Origin: Vulcanimicrobiota bacterium
GTDB taxonomy: Bacteria; Vulcanimicrobiota; Vulcanimicrobiia; Vulcanimicrobiales; Vulcanimicrobiaceae
NCBI GenBank assembly: GCA_963833095.1
Contig: CAWHWQ010000002.1
Location: forward strand, 96,001 to 160,000
Length of the DNA: 64,000 bases
Direction: 5' to 3'
Of the stretch, positions 21,480-32,913 are shown piece after piece. The notes under the pieces are model-generated. The model did no database searches and had not been told where the DNA came from. It worked only from the letters and a program-made list of their open reading frames with translations. A program made the translations under genes and the position numbers. Numbering within the stretch: the first letter of the stretch is position 1; the number at the start of each line of letters is the position of its first letter.

Positions 21480-22148
21480 CTATTGTAATAGGCCGCCAGA
21501 AAGAACGGTGAGGACCGCCTCCCGCGCGGTGGAGAGTTGGCTGCGCATCTCGGCTTCGGCCATATCCTCATTGCCGCTCGCGATCGCTTCGACGATTGCG
21601 ACGGCGTGTTCGTAGGATGCGTGCAGACGGTCTGGATACTGCATCGCGATGCGGCGCAGACGGCGCACGGGACCCGTGAGGGCTTCATACGAACGGCGTA
21701 GCACGCCGTTGCCCGCGGCCTCCATCAGCAATTCGTAAAAGCGATCGAGTTGCGCGGTATAGGCGCGCTCGTCATCCGCCTTAGCCGCGTCGCCGAGCGC
21801 ACCAAGGCGTTCGCGCAAACGCGCGATCGTTACCGGCGTCTGCCGCCGCGCCGCCAAACGCGCTGCCTGCGTCTCGAGCGCTTCGCGCGTTTCGTAGATG
21901 TCTTCGGCTTCGCGCGCATCGATAATACGCACGTAGACGCCCGTCCGAGCTACGGTGAGGACGAGCCCCTCGCGCTCGAGCTGCGCAAACGCTTCACGAA
22001 CCGGTGTGCGGCTGACGCCGAATCGGCTCGCGATCGCCTGCTCCGAGAGGCGACTTCCTGGAGCGAGTTCGCCGTCGACGATGGCCTCGCGCAAGACGGG
22101 GACGACTTTGCTGGCCGAGAGCGGCTGACCGCTTGGCATACCACTCAT
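21480..22148 (-). CDS. GntR family (FCD) transcriptional regulator
   Basis: LREAIVDGELAPGSRLSE...FGVSRTPVREA; FCD-like C-terminus. Confidence 0.9.
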   Translation of the reverse strand: MSGMPSGQPLSASKVVPVLREAIVDGELAPGSRLSEQAIASRFGVSRTPVREAFAQLEREGLVLTVARTGVYVRIIDAREAEDIYETREALETQAARLAARRQTPVTIARLRERLGALGDAAKADDERAYTAQLDRFYELLMEAAGNGVLRRSYEALTGPVRRLRRIAMQYPDRLHASYEHAVAIVEAIASGNEDMAEAEMRSQLSTAREAVLTVLSGGLLQ

Positions 22149-22189
22149 TTCTGGAGCAGGAAGTCGTGAATACATGCACCGTATTTTTC

Positions 22190-22199
22190 TTGTATACAA
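22190..22199. promoter_or_regulatory. Palindrome TTGTATACAA, putative GntR operator abutting the enoyl-CoA hydratase start
   Basis: Perfect 10-bp palindrome in the divergent intergenic region; a degenerate GTGAATACAT-like copy lies about 25 nt upstream. Confidence 0.65.
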
Positions 22200-22954
22200 T
22201 GTCGACAACCTCGTCCGATTCTGCGCTGAAGCCCGATGGGCGCGTCCTGGTTGAACAACAGGACCGGGTCCTCACGCTCACGCTCGACCGCCCTGATCAC
22301 GGGAACGAAATCACGGCCGCGATGTTCGCAGCCATCGCCGGAACGCTGCAGGCGCAAGCCGAACAGCCGACCGCCACCGTGCTCGTGCTTCGCGCGAACG
22401 GTCCGGCGTTTTGCACCGGCCGCGAACGGGCTGCCAGCGATCTGGCCGGTCTGCGCGCCGAGGCGGCGCGACTCATCGCGGTCAAGCGCGCGCTACGCCG
22501 CTCGCCGCTCATCACGGTCGCACGCGTGCAAGGCGCGGCCAAAGGCTTTGGTCTTGGCCTCGCGATCCTTTGCGATTTCGCTCTCGTCGCTTCGGATGCG
22601 CCGCTCGCGTTCCCGGAGATGCGTGCGGGACTTCCGCCGGCCGCGATCATGGCCTACCTCGGCGAGTATGCGCTGCCGCGCCACGCGTTTCCACTCGTGC
22701 TTTTCGGTGACGATTTCACCCCGGAGTACGCATGCAACATCGGACTGATCAACGACGCCGTCACACCCGACCGACTCGACGCGGCCGTCGACATGCTCGT
22801 TGCGCGGCTACTTGCGCTCAAACCGGACTCGGCTCTGGCCTGCAAAGAGCTCTTCGCGACGATGGCGCAAGGCTCGTTCGATTCCAACTGCCGTTTGGCA
22901 GCAGATGCGCTCACGGTTGCAAGCGCGACCTTGATGCGCAAGCCTGCGCACTGA
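22199..22954 (+). CDS. Enoyl-CoA hydratase/isomerase (crotonase) superfamily protein
   Basis: LTLTLDRP..GNEI, AFCTG, VQGAAKGFGLGLAILCDF, FPE. Confidence 0.85.
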   Translation: MSTTSSDSALKPDGRVLVEQQDRVLTLTLDRPDHGNEITAAMFAAIAGTLQAQAEQPTATVLVLRANGPAFCTGRERAASDLAGLRAEAARLIAVKRALRRSPLITVARVQGAAKGFGLGLAILCDFALVASDAPLAFPEMRAGLPPAAIMAYLGEYALPRHAFPLVLFGDDFTPEYACNIGLINDAVTPDRLDAAVDMLVARLLALKPDSALACKELFATMAQGSFDSNCRLAADALTVASATLMRKPAH

Positions 22955-22976
22955 CCCTCATCTTCGGGAGGTATCC

Positions 22977-24368
22977 ATGACCGCCACGTTCCCCGTAAAC
23001 GCCGGTGCACGACTCGACCGTCTGCCCGTCTCACCGCTTCACCGGCGCGTCTTCTGGCTCGTCGCAAGCGGCATGTTCTTCGATGGCTTCGACATCTATG
23101 TCGCGGCGTTTGTGCTCGGCGCGCTGCTCAAATCCGGCTTCTCCTCGCTCGGGCAAGCGGCGCTCTTCGTTTCGCTGACGTTCCTGGGTACGATGATCGG
23201 ATCGATCGTCACCGGCTTTCTCGGCGACAAGTACGGCCGGCGGTTTACCTATCAAGCAAATCTTTTGATCTTCGGTCTCGCGGCAATAGGCGCCGTTTTC
23301 GCGCCGTCCATGGGGATCTTGATTGCGTTGCGCTTCATCATGGGCATCGGCCTCGGCGCGGAAAACGTCGTCGGTTACGCGACGATGACCGAGTTCGCGC
23401 CGGCAAAGACGCGCGGCCGGTGGCTTGCGCTCACGTCGTTTTTCGTCGTCTCGGGCTTGCCGGCGACGGCACTCTTGGGCAGCTATATCGTGCCGCACTT
23501 TGGCTGGCGTTGGATGTTCTTGATCGGCGGCATCGGCGCGCTGATCGTGTGGTATTTGCGCAAACAACTCCCTGAGTCGCCGCGTTGGCTCGAGAGCGTC
23601 GGCCGAGATAAGGAAGCCGAAACGATCGTCGAAGAGTTCGAACGCTCCGCCGCGTCGACGGGCGCCACCGTAACGCCCGTGACCCTTGTGCCTAGCGCCA
23701 CACCCGCCGCGAAGTTCACATTCGGCTCGCTCTTCGAACCGGGGCTGCTGCCACGCACGATTACCGCGCTCGTCATTCTCTTCACGATCAACGCCTTGCT
23801 CTACGGGTTTATCACGTGGATACCGACCTTCTTCGTCAAGGAAGGCATGAGCATCGCGCACTCGTTCCAATTCGCTCTGCTCATGTCGTTCGGCGCGCCG
23901 ATTGGTGCTTTGATCGGCGCCTATACGGCGGATTCGTGGGGGCGCAAGCCGTCGATCATCATCGCGTCAGTTCTCTCGATTATCTTCAGCGCCATCTACC
24001 CGTTCGTGCACAGCGCAGTGCTGCTGCCGCTGGTCGGTTTTTTACTGACCGTGCCGGTATACGTGCTCGTTGCGCTGATCTTCGGCGTCTATGTGCCCGA
24101 ACTGTTCCCGACGGAAATTCGTCTGCGCGCGTCGGGAGCGACGAATATGGTCGGGCGTTCGGCAGCGGTCATCGTGCCGCCGCTTGTCGTCGTGCTCTTC
24201 ACACGCAGCGGCGTCGGTGGCGTGCTCGCGTTCATGATCGCGCTGCTCGTCATTCAAATCGCCGTCGTCGCGGTGTTCGGCATCGAGCCGAAGGCACGCG
24301 GCCTTGAAGAACTCGACGCCGTCCCTTCGGAAAGCGACGTGACCAAAGCACAAACCGCGGGAGTCTAA
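22977..24368 (+). CDS. MFS transporter (aromatic acid/sugar porter-like)
   Basis: FFDGFD, GDKYGRR, LPESPRWL, PELFPTEIR. Confidence 0.9.
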   Translation: MTATFPVNAGARLDRLPVSPLHRRVFWLVASGMFFDGFDIYVAAFVLGALLKSGFSSLGQAALFVSLTFLGTMIGSIVTGFLGDKYGRRFTYQANLLIFGLAAIGAVFAPSMGILIALRFIMGIGLGAENVVGYATMTEFAPAKTRGRWLALTSFFVVSGLPATALLGSYIVPHFGWRWMFLIGGIGALIVWYLRKQLPESPRWLESVGRDKEAETIVEEFERSAASTGATVTPVTLVPSATPAAKFTFGSLFEPGLLPRTITALVILFTINALLYGFITWIPTFFVKEGMSIAHSFQFALLMSFGAPIGALIGAYTADSWGRKPSIIIASVLSIIFSAIYPFVHSAVLLPLVGFLLTVPVYVLVALIFGVYVPELFPTEIRLRASGATNMVGRSAAVIVPPLVVVLFTRSGVGGVLAFMIALLVIQIAVVAVFGIEPKARGLEELDAVPSESDVTKAQTAGV

Positions 24369-24372
24369 GACC

Positions 24373-25888
24373 ATGATCGGTCCACTGGTTGAACAGCAAC
24401 TGCACGCTCCACTCTTCATCGACGGTACCTGGTGCGACGCCGCCAATGGTGCCGTGTTGGAGGTGCGCAATCCGGCGACCGGCGGACTGCTCGGCACGCT
24501 TGCGGCCGCATCGCCCGACGACGTGGACCGCGCGGTGCGCGCGACCACGTCCGGCTTCGAGAGTGGCGTGTGGAGCCATGCAAGCAATATCGAGCGCGCG
24601 CGCGTCCTCAATCGCTTCGCCGATCTGTTCGAACGCGATCTCGAGACATTCTTTGCGCTCGAAACACGCAACAACGGCCGGCCGATTGTCGAGACACGCG
24701 CGCAGATCACGCGACTGCCCTACTTCTATCGCTACAACGCAGCCCTAGCCCTCACCCAGCGCAGCTCGGTGATTCCCGTTGAGGGTCCGTATCTGCAGTA
24801 CACGCAGCGCGTGCCGCTCGGCGTCGCCGCACTGATGTCGTCGTTCAACCACCCGCTGATGATCCTCACGAAGAGTCTTGCGCCTGCGCTTGCAACCGGA
24901 AACAGTGTCGTAATCAAACCATCGGAGCAAACGCCCTACACGACCGTTCGTCTGGTGGAATTGCTTTTGGAAGCCGGCTTGCCGCCGAGCGTAATCGCAC
25001 TAGTCAATGGCGCCGGAGTGACCGCCGGCGCAGCGCTCGCCGCGCATCCCGCGATCAAGAAAGTGGTCTTTACCGGCGGCACCGAGGTCGGACGTCAGAT
25101 CGGTGCTGCCGCTGGGAAGAATCTTGCGCTGGCGACGCTCGAACTCGGCGGCAAAGGCGCGGTGATCGTGTTCGACGACATGCCGATCGATCGGGCGGTC
25201 AACGGCGCTGCATTTGCCGCATTCATCGCCGCCGGACAAACCTGCGTCTGCGGCTCGCGCATTCTCGTCGCGCGATCGAAGTACGACGAATTTCTTGCGG
25301 CGTTCACGCAAAAGGTGCGCGGCATTCGGGTCGGTGACCCAACGCAGGCATCGACGCAGCTCGGCCCGGTCATCTCGGCGCGCTCGCGCGAGCGGATTCT
25401 CGCTATGCTCGAGCGCGCACAAAAGGCGGGTGCCGTCATTCGCACCGGCGGGGCGGTACCGGCGAACGTCGAATCCAGGTGGGTTCTTTCTCGAGCCGAC
25501 GATCGTAAGCGATGTTGACCCCAGCAGCGAGATCGCGCAGGACGAAGTCTTCGGCCCGGTCACGGTCGTTATGCCGTTCGACGATGAGCGCGACGCGCTG
25601 CGTATCGCCAACGACACCAAGTTTGGTCTGGCGGCATCGGTCTGGACGACGGACGTTGCGCGAGCCCATCGCGTGGCGTCAAGACTGCTCTTTGGGATGG
25701 TCTGGATCAACGATCATCATCGCCTCGATCCAGCCTCGCCGTGGGGCGGCTTCAAACAAAGCGGCATTGGGCGCGAAACGGGCATCGAATCGTTCGATCA
25801 ATTCACCGAGCCGCGCGCCATCACCGTAAACACGACGGGCGAAACACCAGACTGGTACGGCGAGCGTCCGCCCGAGCGCTTGAATTAA
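24373..25888 (+). CDS. Aldehyde dehydrogenase (one +1 frameshift near 25472-25478)
   Basis: FTGG, LELGGK, AGQTCV catalytic Cys; second frame EVFGPV, PWGGFKQSG. Confidence 0.9.
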
Positions 25889-25890
25889 GC

Positions 25891-25920
25891 AAAGAAAAGG
25901 CCCCGCGTTCGCGGGGCCCT
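25891..25920 (-). terminator. Intrinsic terminator of groEL (possibly bidirectional)
   Basis: GGCCCCGC-gttc-GCGGGGCC hairpin with adjacent A-tract (U-tract on minus strand). Confidence 0.75.
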
Positions 25921-25998
25921 TAGATGTCAGCGGATGGACGAGGGCGCTTAGCGCCCCGTCCGATTTAGCGGGCGAAGCTTGGCATTGACCGATAAAGT

Positions 25999-27675
<1,677 letters not shown>

Positions 27676-27691
27676 TTAGTTCAAATGCTCC

Positions 27692-28000
27692 TTAAGCTAC
27701 GCCGGCCGGAACTTTGTCGACAACAGCGAGAACGTCTTTTTCAGATACAATGAGGAATTCTTTGCCGTCGATCTTTACTTCGGAGCCGGAGTACTTCGAG
27801 TAGATCACTCGGTCGCCGACTTTAACGGCCATCGGAAGCGTCTTGCCATCGTCGGTCACGCGGCCGGTTCCGACCGCACGGACGATGCCCTCTTGCGGCT
27901 TTTCTTTAGCGGTGTCGGGCAAGAAGATGCCGCCGGTGCTCTTCTCGTTTTGCTCGACGTGCTCAATGACCACGCGATCGGCCAAAGGCTTGAGATTCAC
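27692..28000 (-). CDS. groES: Co-chaperonin GroES
   Basis: NLKPLADRV...PDTAKEKPQEG; GTG start with GGAGG. Confidence 0.97.
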   Translation of the reverse strand: MNLKPLADRVVIEHVEQNEKSTGGIFLPDTAKEKPQEGIVRAVGTGRVTDDGKTLPMAVKVGDRVIYSKYSGSEVKIDGKEFLIVSEKDVLAVVDKVPAGVA

Positions 28001-28032
28001 GGAAACCTCCAAAAACTGTGGGTTTTTACATT

Positions 28033-28059
28033 TTGGCACTCGCAGCAAAGGAGTGCCAG
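28033..28059. promoter_or_regulatory. CIRCE element 1 upstream of groES
   Basis: TTGGCACTC-N9-GAGTGCCAG. Confidence 0.85.
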
Positions 28060-28066
28060 CCCCGAG

Positions 28067-28096
28067 ATTTTAGCAGACGGGGTCGAGGAGTGCAAG
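28067..28096 (-). promoter_or_regulatory. groESL promoter (TTGCAC-17-TAAAAT) overlapped by CIRCE element 2
   Basis: TTAGCAGAC-N9-GAGTGCAAG at 28070-28096. Confidence 0.75.
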
Positions 28097-28127
28097 CGTC
28101 CTTTGACGCTTTACGAGGGGGGAATCT

Positions 28128-28424
28128 TTACGAAGTCAGGGCCGCGAAGGCGCCGGAGCCGCCAAAAAAGGCCAGCGCCAGCGAAAGGGCCGCGATGACG
28201 AGGAAGAGCCGGGTGCCGAAGCTGCGGATCGCCACGCCCACCAACGCCGCGCCCAGACAGAGCGCCGCGACCGAGGCGGTGAGGAGTCCAGGGGCTGCGG
28301 TGTGCTGCAGCTGCGACCAAAGGCCGAAGGCGATGCCTGTACCGGTGAGGATAGCAAGCAAGATGGTCGATCCACGAATCACGACTTCGGAGGCCACTTG
28401 CGTCGGACGTTCACCCAAGATCAT
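28128..28424 (-). CDS. Small hypothetical membrane protein
   Basis: Three TM segments; TAGCAT 6 nt upstream of ATG. Confidence 0.6.
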   Translation of the reverse strand: MILGERPTQVASEVVIRGSTILLAILTGTGIAFGLWSQLQHTAAPGLLTASVAALCLGAALVGVAIRSFGTRLFLVIAALSLALAFFGGSGAFAALTS

Positions 28425-28514
28425 AAGAGCATGCTACCCGGCCAATCTGAAAAAGCACTCGGGTTTCTCTGGGACCGCGAGAAATTTAATCTCTCGTCGA
28501 CGAATCGTGCGCCC

Positions 28515-28988
28515 ATGGCAACCAGCGTTCGCCTCAATTGGGGCCGTATTATCATGCAAGGCGTCAGCGCCGGCATCGCGGGCGGCATCGTTCTGGATCT
28601 GTACCTCTATCTCACCGCGATCGTGCCGGCGCACGGCAGCATCCTTGCGATGTGGCAGTGGGTCGCATCGGCCGCGATCGGCCCGGTTGCGCTAACCAAC
28701 CCGTCGTATGCGTGGCTCGGACTGCTCGTGCACGTCGTCGTTAGCATCGCGTGGGCCGGCGGCTATGCCTACTTCGCGCAGACGCAAGACTTTGTGAACA
28801 CGCGTTGGCTCATCTCGGGATTGATGTACGGACTGGTCGTCTACGTCTTTATGCAGATTCTGTTGCTCGGCGCGCACGCATTCGTGTGGCCGCCCACGCC
28901 GACCGCGTTCGTCAACCAGATACTCGCGCACATGCTGTTCTTCGGCGTCCCCGTCGCGTACGTCGTCGCGCGTATGGACAAGGCGTGA
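28515..28988 (+). CDS. Hypothetical membrane protein (His residues in TM helices)
   Basis: Four TM segments, LGLLVH...AHMLFFG; GTGA overlap with alr. Confidence 0.75.
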   Translation: MATSVRLNWGRIIMQGVSAGIAGGIVLDLYLYLTAIVPAHGSILAMWQWVASAAIGPVALTNPSYAWLGLLVHVVVSIAWAGGYAYFAQTQDFVNTRWLISGLMYGLVVYVFMQILLLGAHAFVWPPTPTAFVNQILAHMLFFGVPVAYVVARMDKA

Positions 28989-30112
28989 TCGGAACGCTTC
29001 GCATCTCCACGCAGGCGTTGCGCCAAAACGCCGAAGCGCTGCGCAACCTCGTGGGCCCGCAGCACGCCGCGTTCGTCGTCAAAGGCAACGCCTACGGGCA
29101 TGGGATGGTTGAAACCGCGCTCGCCATCGAAGGGCTCGCCAACAAGCTTTGCGTGTACGCGATCGACGAGGCGCTCGAATTGCGCGACGGCGGGATTACC
29201 GCGCCCATTCTGATTCTTGGTCCGGTGCCGGCGAATCGGCTCGACGACGCGATGGCCGCGAACGCCGAGATTGCGCTCTGGGATACGAAGGATTTTGTGC
29301 GCGATCTCAGTGCCGCTGCGCTTGCCGCGCAGAAGCGCGCACGCGTGCACGTGAAGATCAACACGGGACTGAATCGCCTTGGTTTGCAACCCGGCGATCT
29401 CCCCGATGCGGTTGAAGCGTACGGGCGCGTCAACGCAATCGAAATCGCCGGCGTCTTTTCGCACCTCGCGGCGGCGGAAGAACTTGACTCGCCGTTTACC
29501 ATGCTGCAGCTCGAACGCTTCAACGAAGCCTACAATCATGCTGAACCGCTTTTTGCGGCGCGCGGATTTAGACCGATTCGCCACATTGCGGCGTCCGCCG
29601 CGGCGATGCTCTGGCCGCAAACGCGGCTGGACCTTTCGCGCTTCGGTATCGCGCTGTACGGCCTGTGGCCGTCGGCGCCGACGCGCGAGGCGATGAACGG
29701 CGGAAAGCTGCCGCTGCAACCCGCGCTCTCCTACGAGACCGAACTCGTCGTCGTGCGGAGCATCGATGCCGGCGAGCCCGTCGGCTACGGTATCACCTTT
29801 CACGCCCCGCGCCGGATGTCGATCGGCGTCGTGCCGCTCGGGTATGCCGACGGCATACCACGCGCGCTTTCGAATAAGGGGGCCGTCTTGATCGACGGTG
29901 CGCGCGCATCGATCATCGGGCGCATCGCGATGAACATGTTCTTTGTCGATCTTTCTCATGCCCCAAACGCGCATGCCGGTTCGAAAGTCACCCTGATCGG
30001 GCGCGACGGCACGGCAGAGATTACGGCCGACGATTGGGCCAAGTGGGCTGAAACGATCAACTACGAAATCGTCACGCGTCTGCCGGTCACGCTAACCCGC
30101 GAGTACACGTAA
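28985..30112 (+). CDS. alr: Alanine racemase
   Basis: VVKGNAYGHG PLP-Lys, HVKINTGLNRLG, GYADG, TINYE. Confidence 0.95.
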   Translation: MIGTLRISTQALRQNAEALRNLVGPQHAAFVVKGNAYGHGMVETALAIEGLANKLCVYAIDEALELRDGGITAPILILGPVPANRLDDAMAANAEIALWDTKDFVRDLSAAALAAQKRARVHVKINTGLNRLGLQPGDLPDAVEAYGRVNAIEIAGVFSHLAAAEELDSPFTMLQLERFNEAYNHAEPLFAARGFRPIRHIAASAAAMLWPQTRLDLSRFGIALYGLWPSAPTREAMNGGKLPLQPALSYETELVVVRSIDAGEPVGYGITFHAPRRMSIGVVPLGYADGIPRALSNKGAVLIDGARASIIGRIAMNMFFVDLSHAPNAHAGSKVTLIGRDGTAEITADDWAKWAETINYEIVTRLPVTLTREYT

Positions 30113-30119
30113 GAGGCGA

Positions 30120-30395
30120 TCACGGCGTTGGAGAAGCAACTGGCGTGCTGATTTGTATGCTGGGATCCCCGGGACCGCAGGGACGAAAGGAAAGATCGCC
30201 GCTGTCGTAGGCCTTACGCCAAACCGGTCCCATTTTGTTTGGATCCGCACTTGGCGTTTCGTGCGACCGCCCGACCGAATCTGCGACCGCTTTCGATTTC
30301 CAGACGAAGACGACGCAGTTGTACGGTGGCCGCGTCGCACTCGGCGTGGGCGAGGAAACGGTCGTGGCGGCAAGCAGTACGTATGGAAGCAACAT
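30120..30395 (-). CDS. Small hypothetical secreted protein
   Basis: Hydrophobic N-terminus, Pro/Thr linker, two Cys. Confidence 0.4.
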   Translation of the reverse strand: MLLPYVLLAATTVSSPTPSATRPPYNCVVFVWKSKAVADSVGRSHETPSADPNKMGPVWRKAYDSGDLSFRPCGPGDPSIQISTPVASPTP

Positions 30396-30512
30396 CGAGG
30401 CATCTTCCCAGTCCTTAGGGCCTCCCCTTCGAGGCGCGCTAGGTTCTCAGGAACTCAGCATAGTCGTGACCCGCTTGTCGTCGAGGCTCGGCGTTGTCTA
30501 TACTGATCGGGC

Positions 30513-30539
30513 GACCCTTCGACAAGCTCAGGGTGACAA
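30513..30539. repeat. REP-like short palindromic element (ACCCTTCGACAAGCTCAGGGTGACAA)
   Basis: ACCCT/AGGGT stem; degenerate copy at 37945-37969. Confidence 0.55.
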
Positions 30540-30975
30540 ATGATGATGAGGAAACTGCTCATTTCCGCAATTGCGCTCGGCGTTCTGTGTGCCTGTAGTG
30601 GTGCGAGCGCGATGACGCCGCCGGGTACGTCCACGCGATATATGTAGTACGCAGGCGGTTCCGCCATTCAATCTTGCGAGCCCCACCGCCGGTTCAACCG
30701 GAGTTTCGGACTCCACGTCGGCGCTACTGTTCACCGGAACGCTGTACACCGCGGTTGGACCACCGTCGATTAAGCTGTCGACGGCAGCAGGCGCCACGCA
30801 AACGTTGACAACCTTCAACTCAAGCTCGAACGGCTATAGCGTGCCGCTATCGAGCGCGCTCTCGCCGAGCACGATGTACACCGTGACCTATGTCGCCCAA
30901 CTCATTGCAAACGGCACGCAGACGCAATGCAGCTATACCGCGTCTGTCGACGAAGGTTCGTTTACAACGCAGTAA
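30540..30975 (+). CDS. Putative Ser/Thr-rich lipoprotein (Ig-like), one frameshift near 30635
   Basis: MRKLLISAIALGVLCAC lipobox; continuation in shifted frame ICSTQAVPPFNLASP...LSPSTMYTVT...GSFTTQ*; TATACT at 30499-30504. Confidence 0.6.
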
Positions 30976-30976
30976 A

Positions 30977-31696
30977 CTAGCCGACGGCGGCGATAGCGTC
31001 GACGAGTTTGATCGTCCCTTTGTAGATCGCACTCGCGACGATGCACGAATCGACGGCCGCGGGCGCTTGCGCTTTGAGCGCGCGCAGATCCTCGATCGTG
31101 CGCGCTCCGCCGTTCGCCGTCACCAGCACGTCGGCGGCGCTCGCGACTTCGGTGAGCGCGACAATGTCGTACCCCTCGCCCATGCCGTCGCGCCGAATCT
31201 CGGTAAAGATAATCCGTTTGATGCCCCACATCGCTACGCGCTTGACCAGCGCATCGCGATCGACCGGCGTGTGTTCTTGCCAGCCGTGGGTCGCGACGTG
31301 CTTGCCGCGCGCATCGATACCGGCAATCACGCGTTCGCCGAAGCGCCCGATGATGGCGCGCGTCGCGCGCTCGTCATCCACCAGCATCGTGCCGAGCACA
31401 ATCTCCGAAACGCCGGCGTCGATGCGCTGTTGCGCTTTATCGAGCGTGCGAATACCGCCGCCGACTTGTACCGGCACATCGACCGCCTTGACGATCGCGC
31501 GCACGACCTCCATGTTGTCGCCGTGTCCAAACGCAGCATCGAGGTCGACCACGTGCAAACGACGCGCGCCCTGCGCGACGAAGGCTTTGGCTTGTGCAAC
31601 GGGATCGTCGGCATAGACGGTCGACGTCGAAATGTCGCCTCGCTCCATGCGGATACACTTCCCGCCGCGCAGATCGAGCGCCGGGATGACGATCAT
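30977..31696 (-). CDS. hisA: ProFAR isomerase HisA
   Basis: IPALDLRGGKCIR, LHVVDLD, VQVGGGIR, GIDAR. Confidence 0.92.
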   Translation of the reverse strand: MIVIPALDLRGGKCIRMERGDISTSTVYADDPVAQAKAFVAQGARRLHVVDLDAAFGHGDNMEVVRAIVKAVDVPVQVGGGIRTLDKAQQRIDAGVSEIVLGTMLVDDERATRAIIGRFGERVIAGIDARGKHVATHGWQEHTPVDRDALVKRVAMWGIKRIIFTEIRRDGMGEGYDIVALTEVASAADVLVTANGGARTIEDLRALKAQAPAAVDSCIVASAIYKGTIKLVDAIAAVG

Positions 31697-32847
31697 CCGC
31701 GCTGGCCGATCGGCACGAACGGCCCCGCCGGCGGTCCGCTGTAGGTGGCCTGCGGACGAATCAGCCGGTTGTCGTGCAACTGCTCGAGAATGTGCGCGGT
31801 CCAGCCGGCGACGCGGCCGCACGCAAACAAGCACGTGAATTCATCGCCCGGCATGCCGAGGTCAGCCAGCACCGGTGCGGTGTAGAAGTCGACGTTGGCG
31901 TAAATTTTGCGATCCGGTTTTTCTTCGGCCAGAATGCGCTGGCTTTGATTTTCCAATTCCCGCGCAATCGGATACCATTTGCTATTGCCGACGTGGTCGG
32001 AGAGTTTCTTCGCAATCGCTTCGAGATGTTTGGCGCGCGGGTCGCGCACGCGATACTCGCGATGCCCCATGCCCATGATCCGATTGCCTTTAGTCAGCTC
32101 GTCGTGCACGAATTTCTCGGCCTTTTCGGGCGCACCGATGGCGACGAGATTCGTGTAGGTGGCGCTGGCCGCACCGCCGTGTAAATCGCCGTTGAGCGTC
32201 GCGATGGCCGAGGTCACGCTTGCGTAGATGTCGGCACGGGTTGACGCGGTCACGCGCGCAGAAAAGGTCGATGCGTTGTACGAATGGTCGGCCAAGAGCA
32301 CGAGATACGTGTCGACCGCGGCTTCCTCGATCTCCGAAGGCACTTTGCCGGTGCGCATATAGAGGAAGTTGGCCGCGTGCGAGAGATCGGTGCGCGGCTC
32401 GATCGGATCCAGGCCGCGGCGGATGCGATCCCACGCCGCGAGGATCGTCGTCATCTTCGCGATCAGCTCGATCGCGCTGTGCACGTCGGATACGTGCTCG
32501 CCGTGATTATTCACCGGTACGAAGAGCGCGAGGCCGCTCACGATCGTGCGCATCACGTCCATCGGCCACGCCGTTTTTGGAACGGACTGCATCGCTCCAA
32601 GCAACGGTCCGGGCAGCGCGTGGCGCGAGGCAAGCTCCGATTTAAAAGCCGCAAGTTCCGTCGCGTTGGGTAAGTGACCGAAGAGCAGCAGGTGCGAGAC
32701 TTCTTCGAAGCTGGCGTTGGGCGCCAGGTCGTCGATATCGTAGCCGCGGTAGGTCAGACGTCCAATCTGGCCTTCAACATTACTCAGAACCGTCGATCCA
32801 ACGACGACGCCCTCAAGCCCGCGATCGACAACCAAACCTGTAGACAT
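31693..32847 (-). CDS. Citrate synthase (or 2-methylcitrate synthase)
   Basis: GLEGV, YRGY, DHSYNAST, LHGGA, GMGHREY, NVDFY. Confidence 0.92.
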   Translation of the reverse strand: MSTGLVVDRGLEGVVVGSTVLSNVEGQIGRLTYRGYDIDDLAPNASFEEVSHLLLFGHLPNATELAAFKSELASRHALPGPLLGAMQSVPKTAWPMDVMRTIVSGLALFVPVNNHGEHVSDVHSAIELIAKMTTILAAWDRIRRGLDPIEPRTDLSHAANFLYMRTGKVPSEIEEAAVDTYLVLLADHSYNASTFSARVTASTRADIYASVTSAIATLNGDLHGGAASATYTNLVAIGAPEKAEKFVHDELTKGNRIMGMGHREYRVRDPRAKHLEAIAKKLSDHVGNSKWYPIARELENQSQRILAEEKPDRKIYANVDFYTAPVLADLGMPGDEFTCLFACGRVAGWTAHILEQLHDNRLIRPQATYSGPPAGPFVPIGQRG

Positions 32848-32913
32848 AGTAGGGGGGATTTTGAGGGGGCGGGCACCCCCGCCTGCCGACATTTGTCGCT
32901 CGAGAACGAGCCC

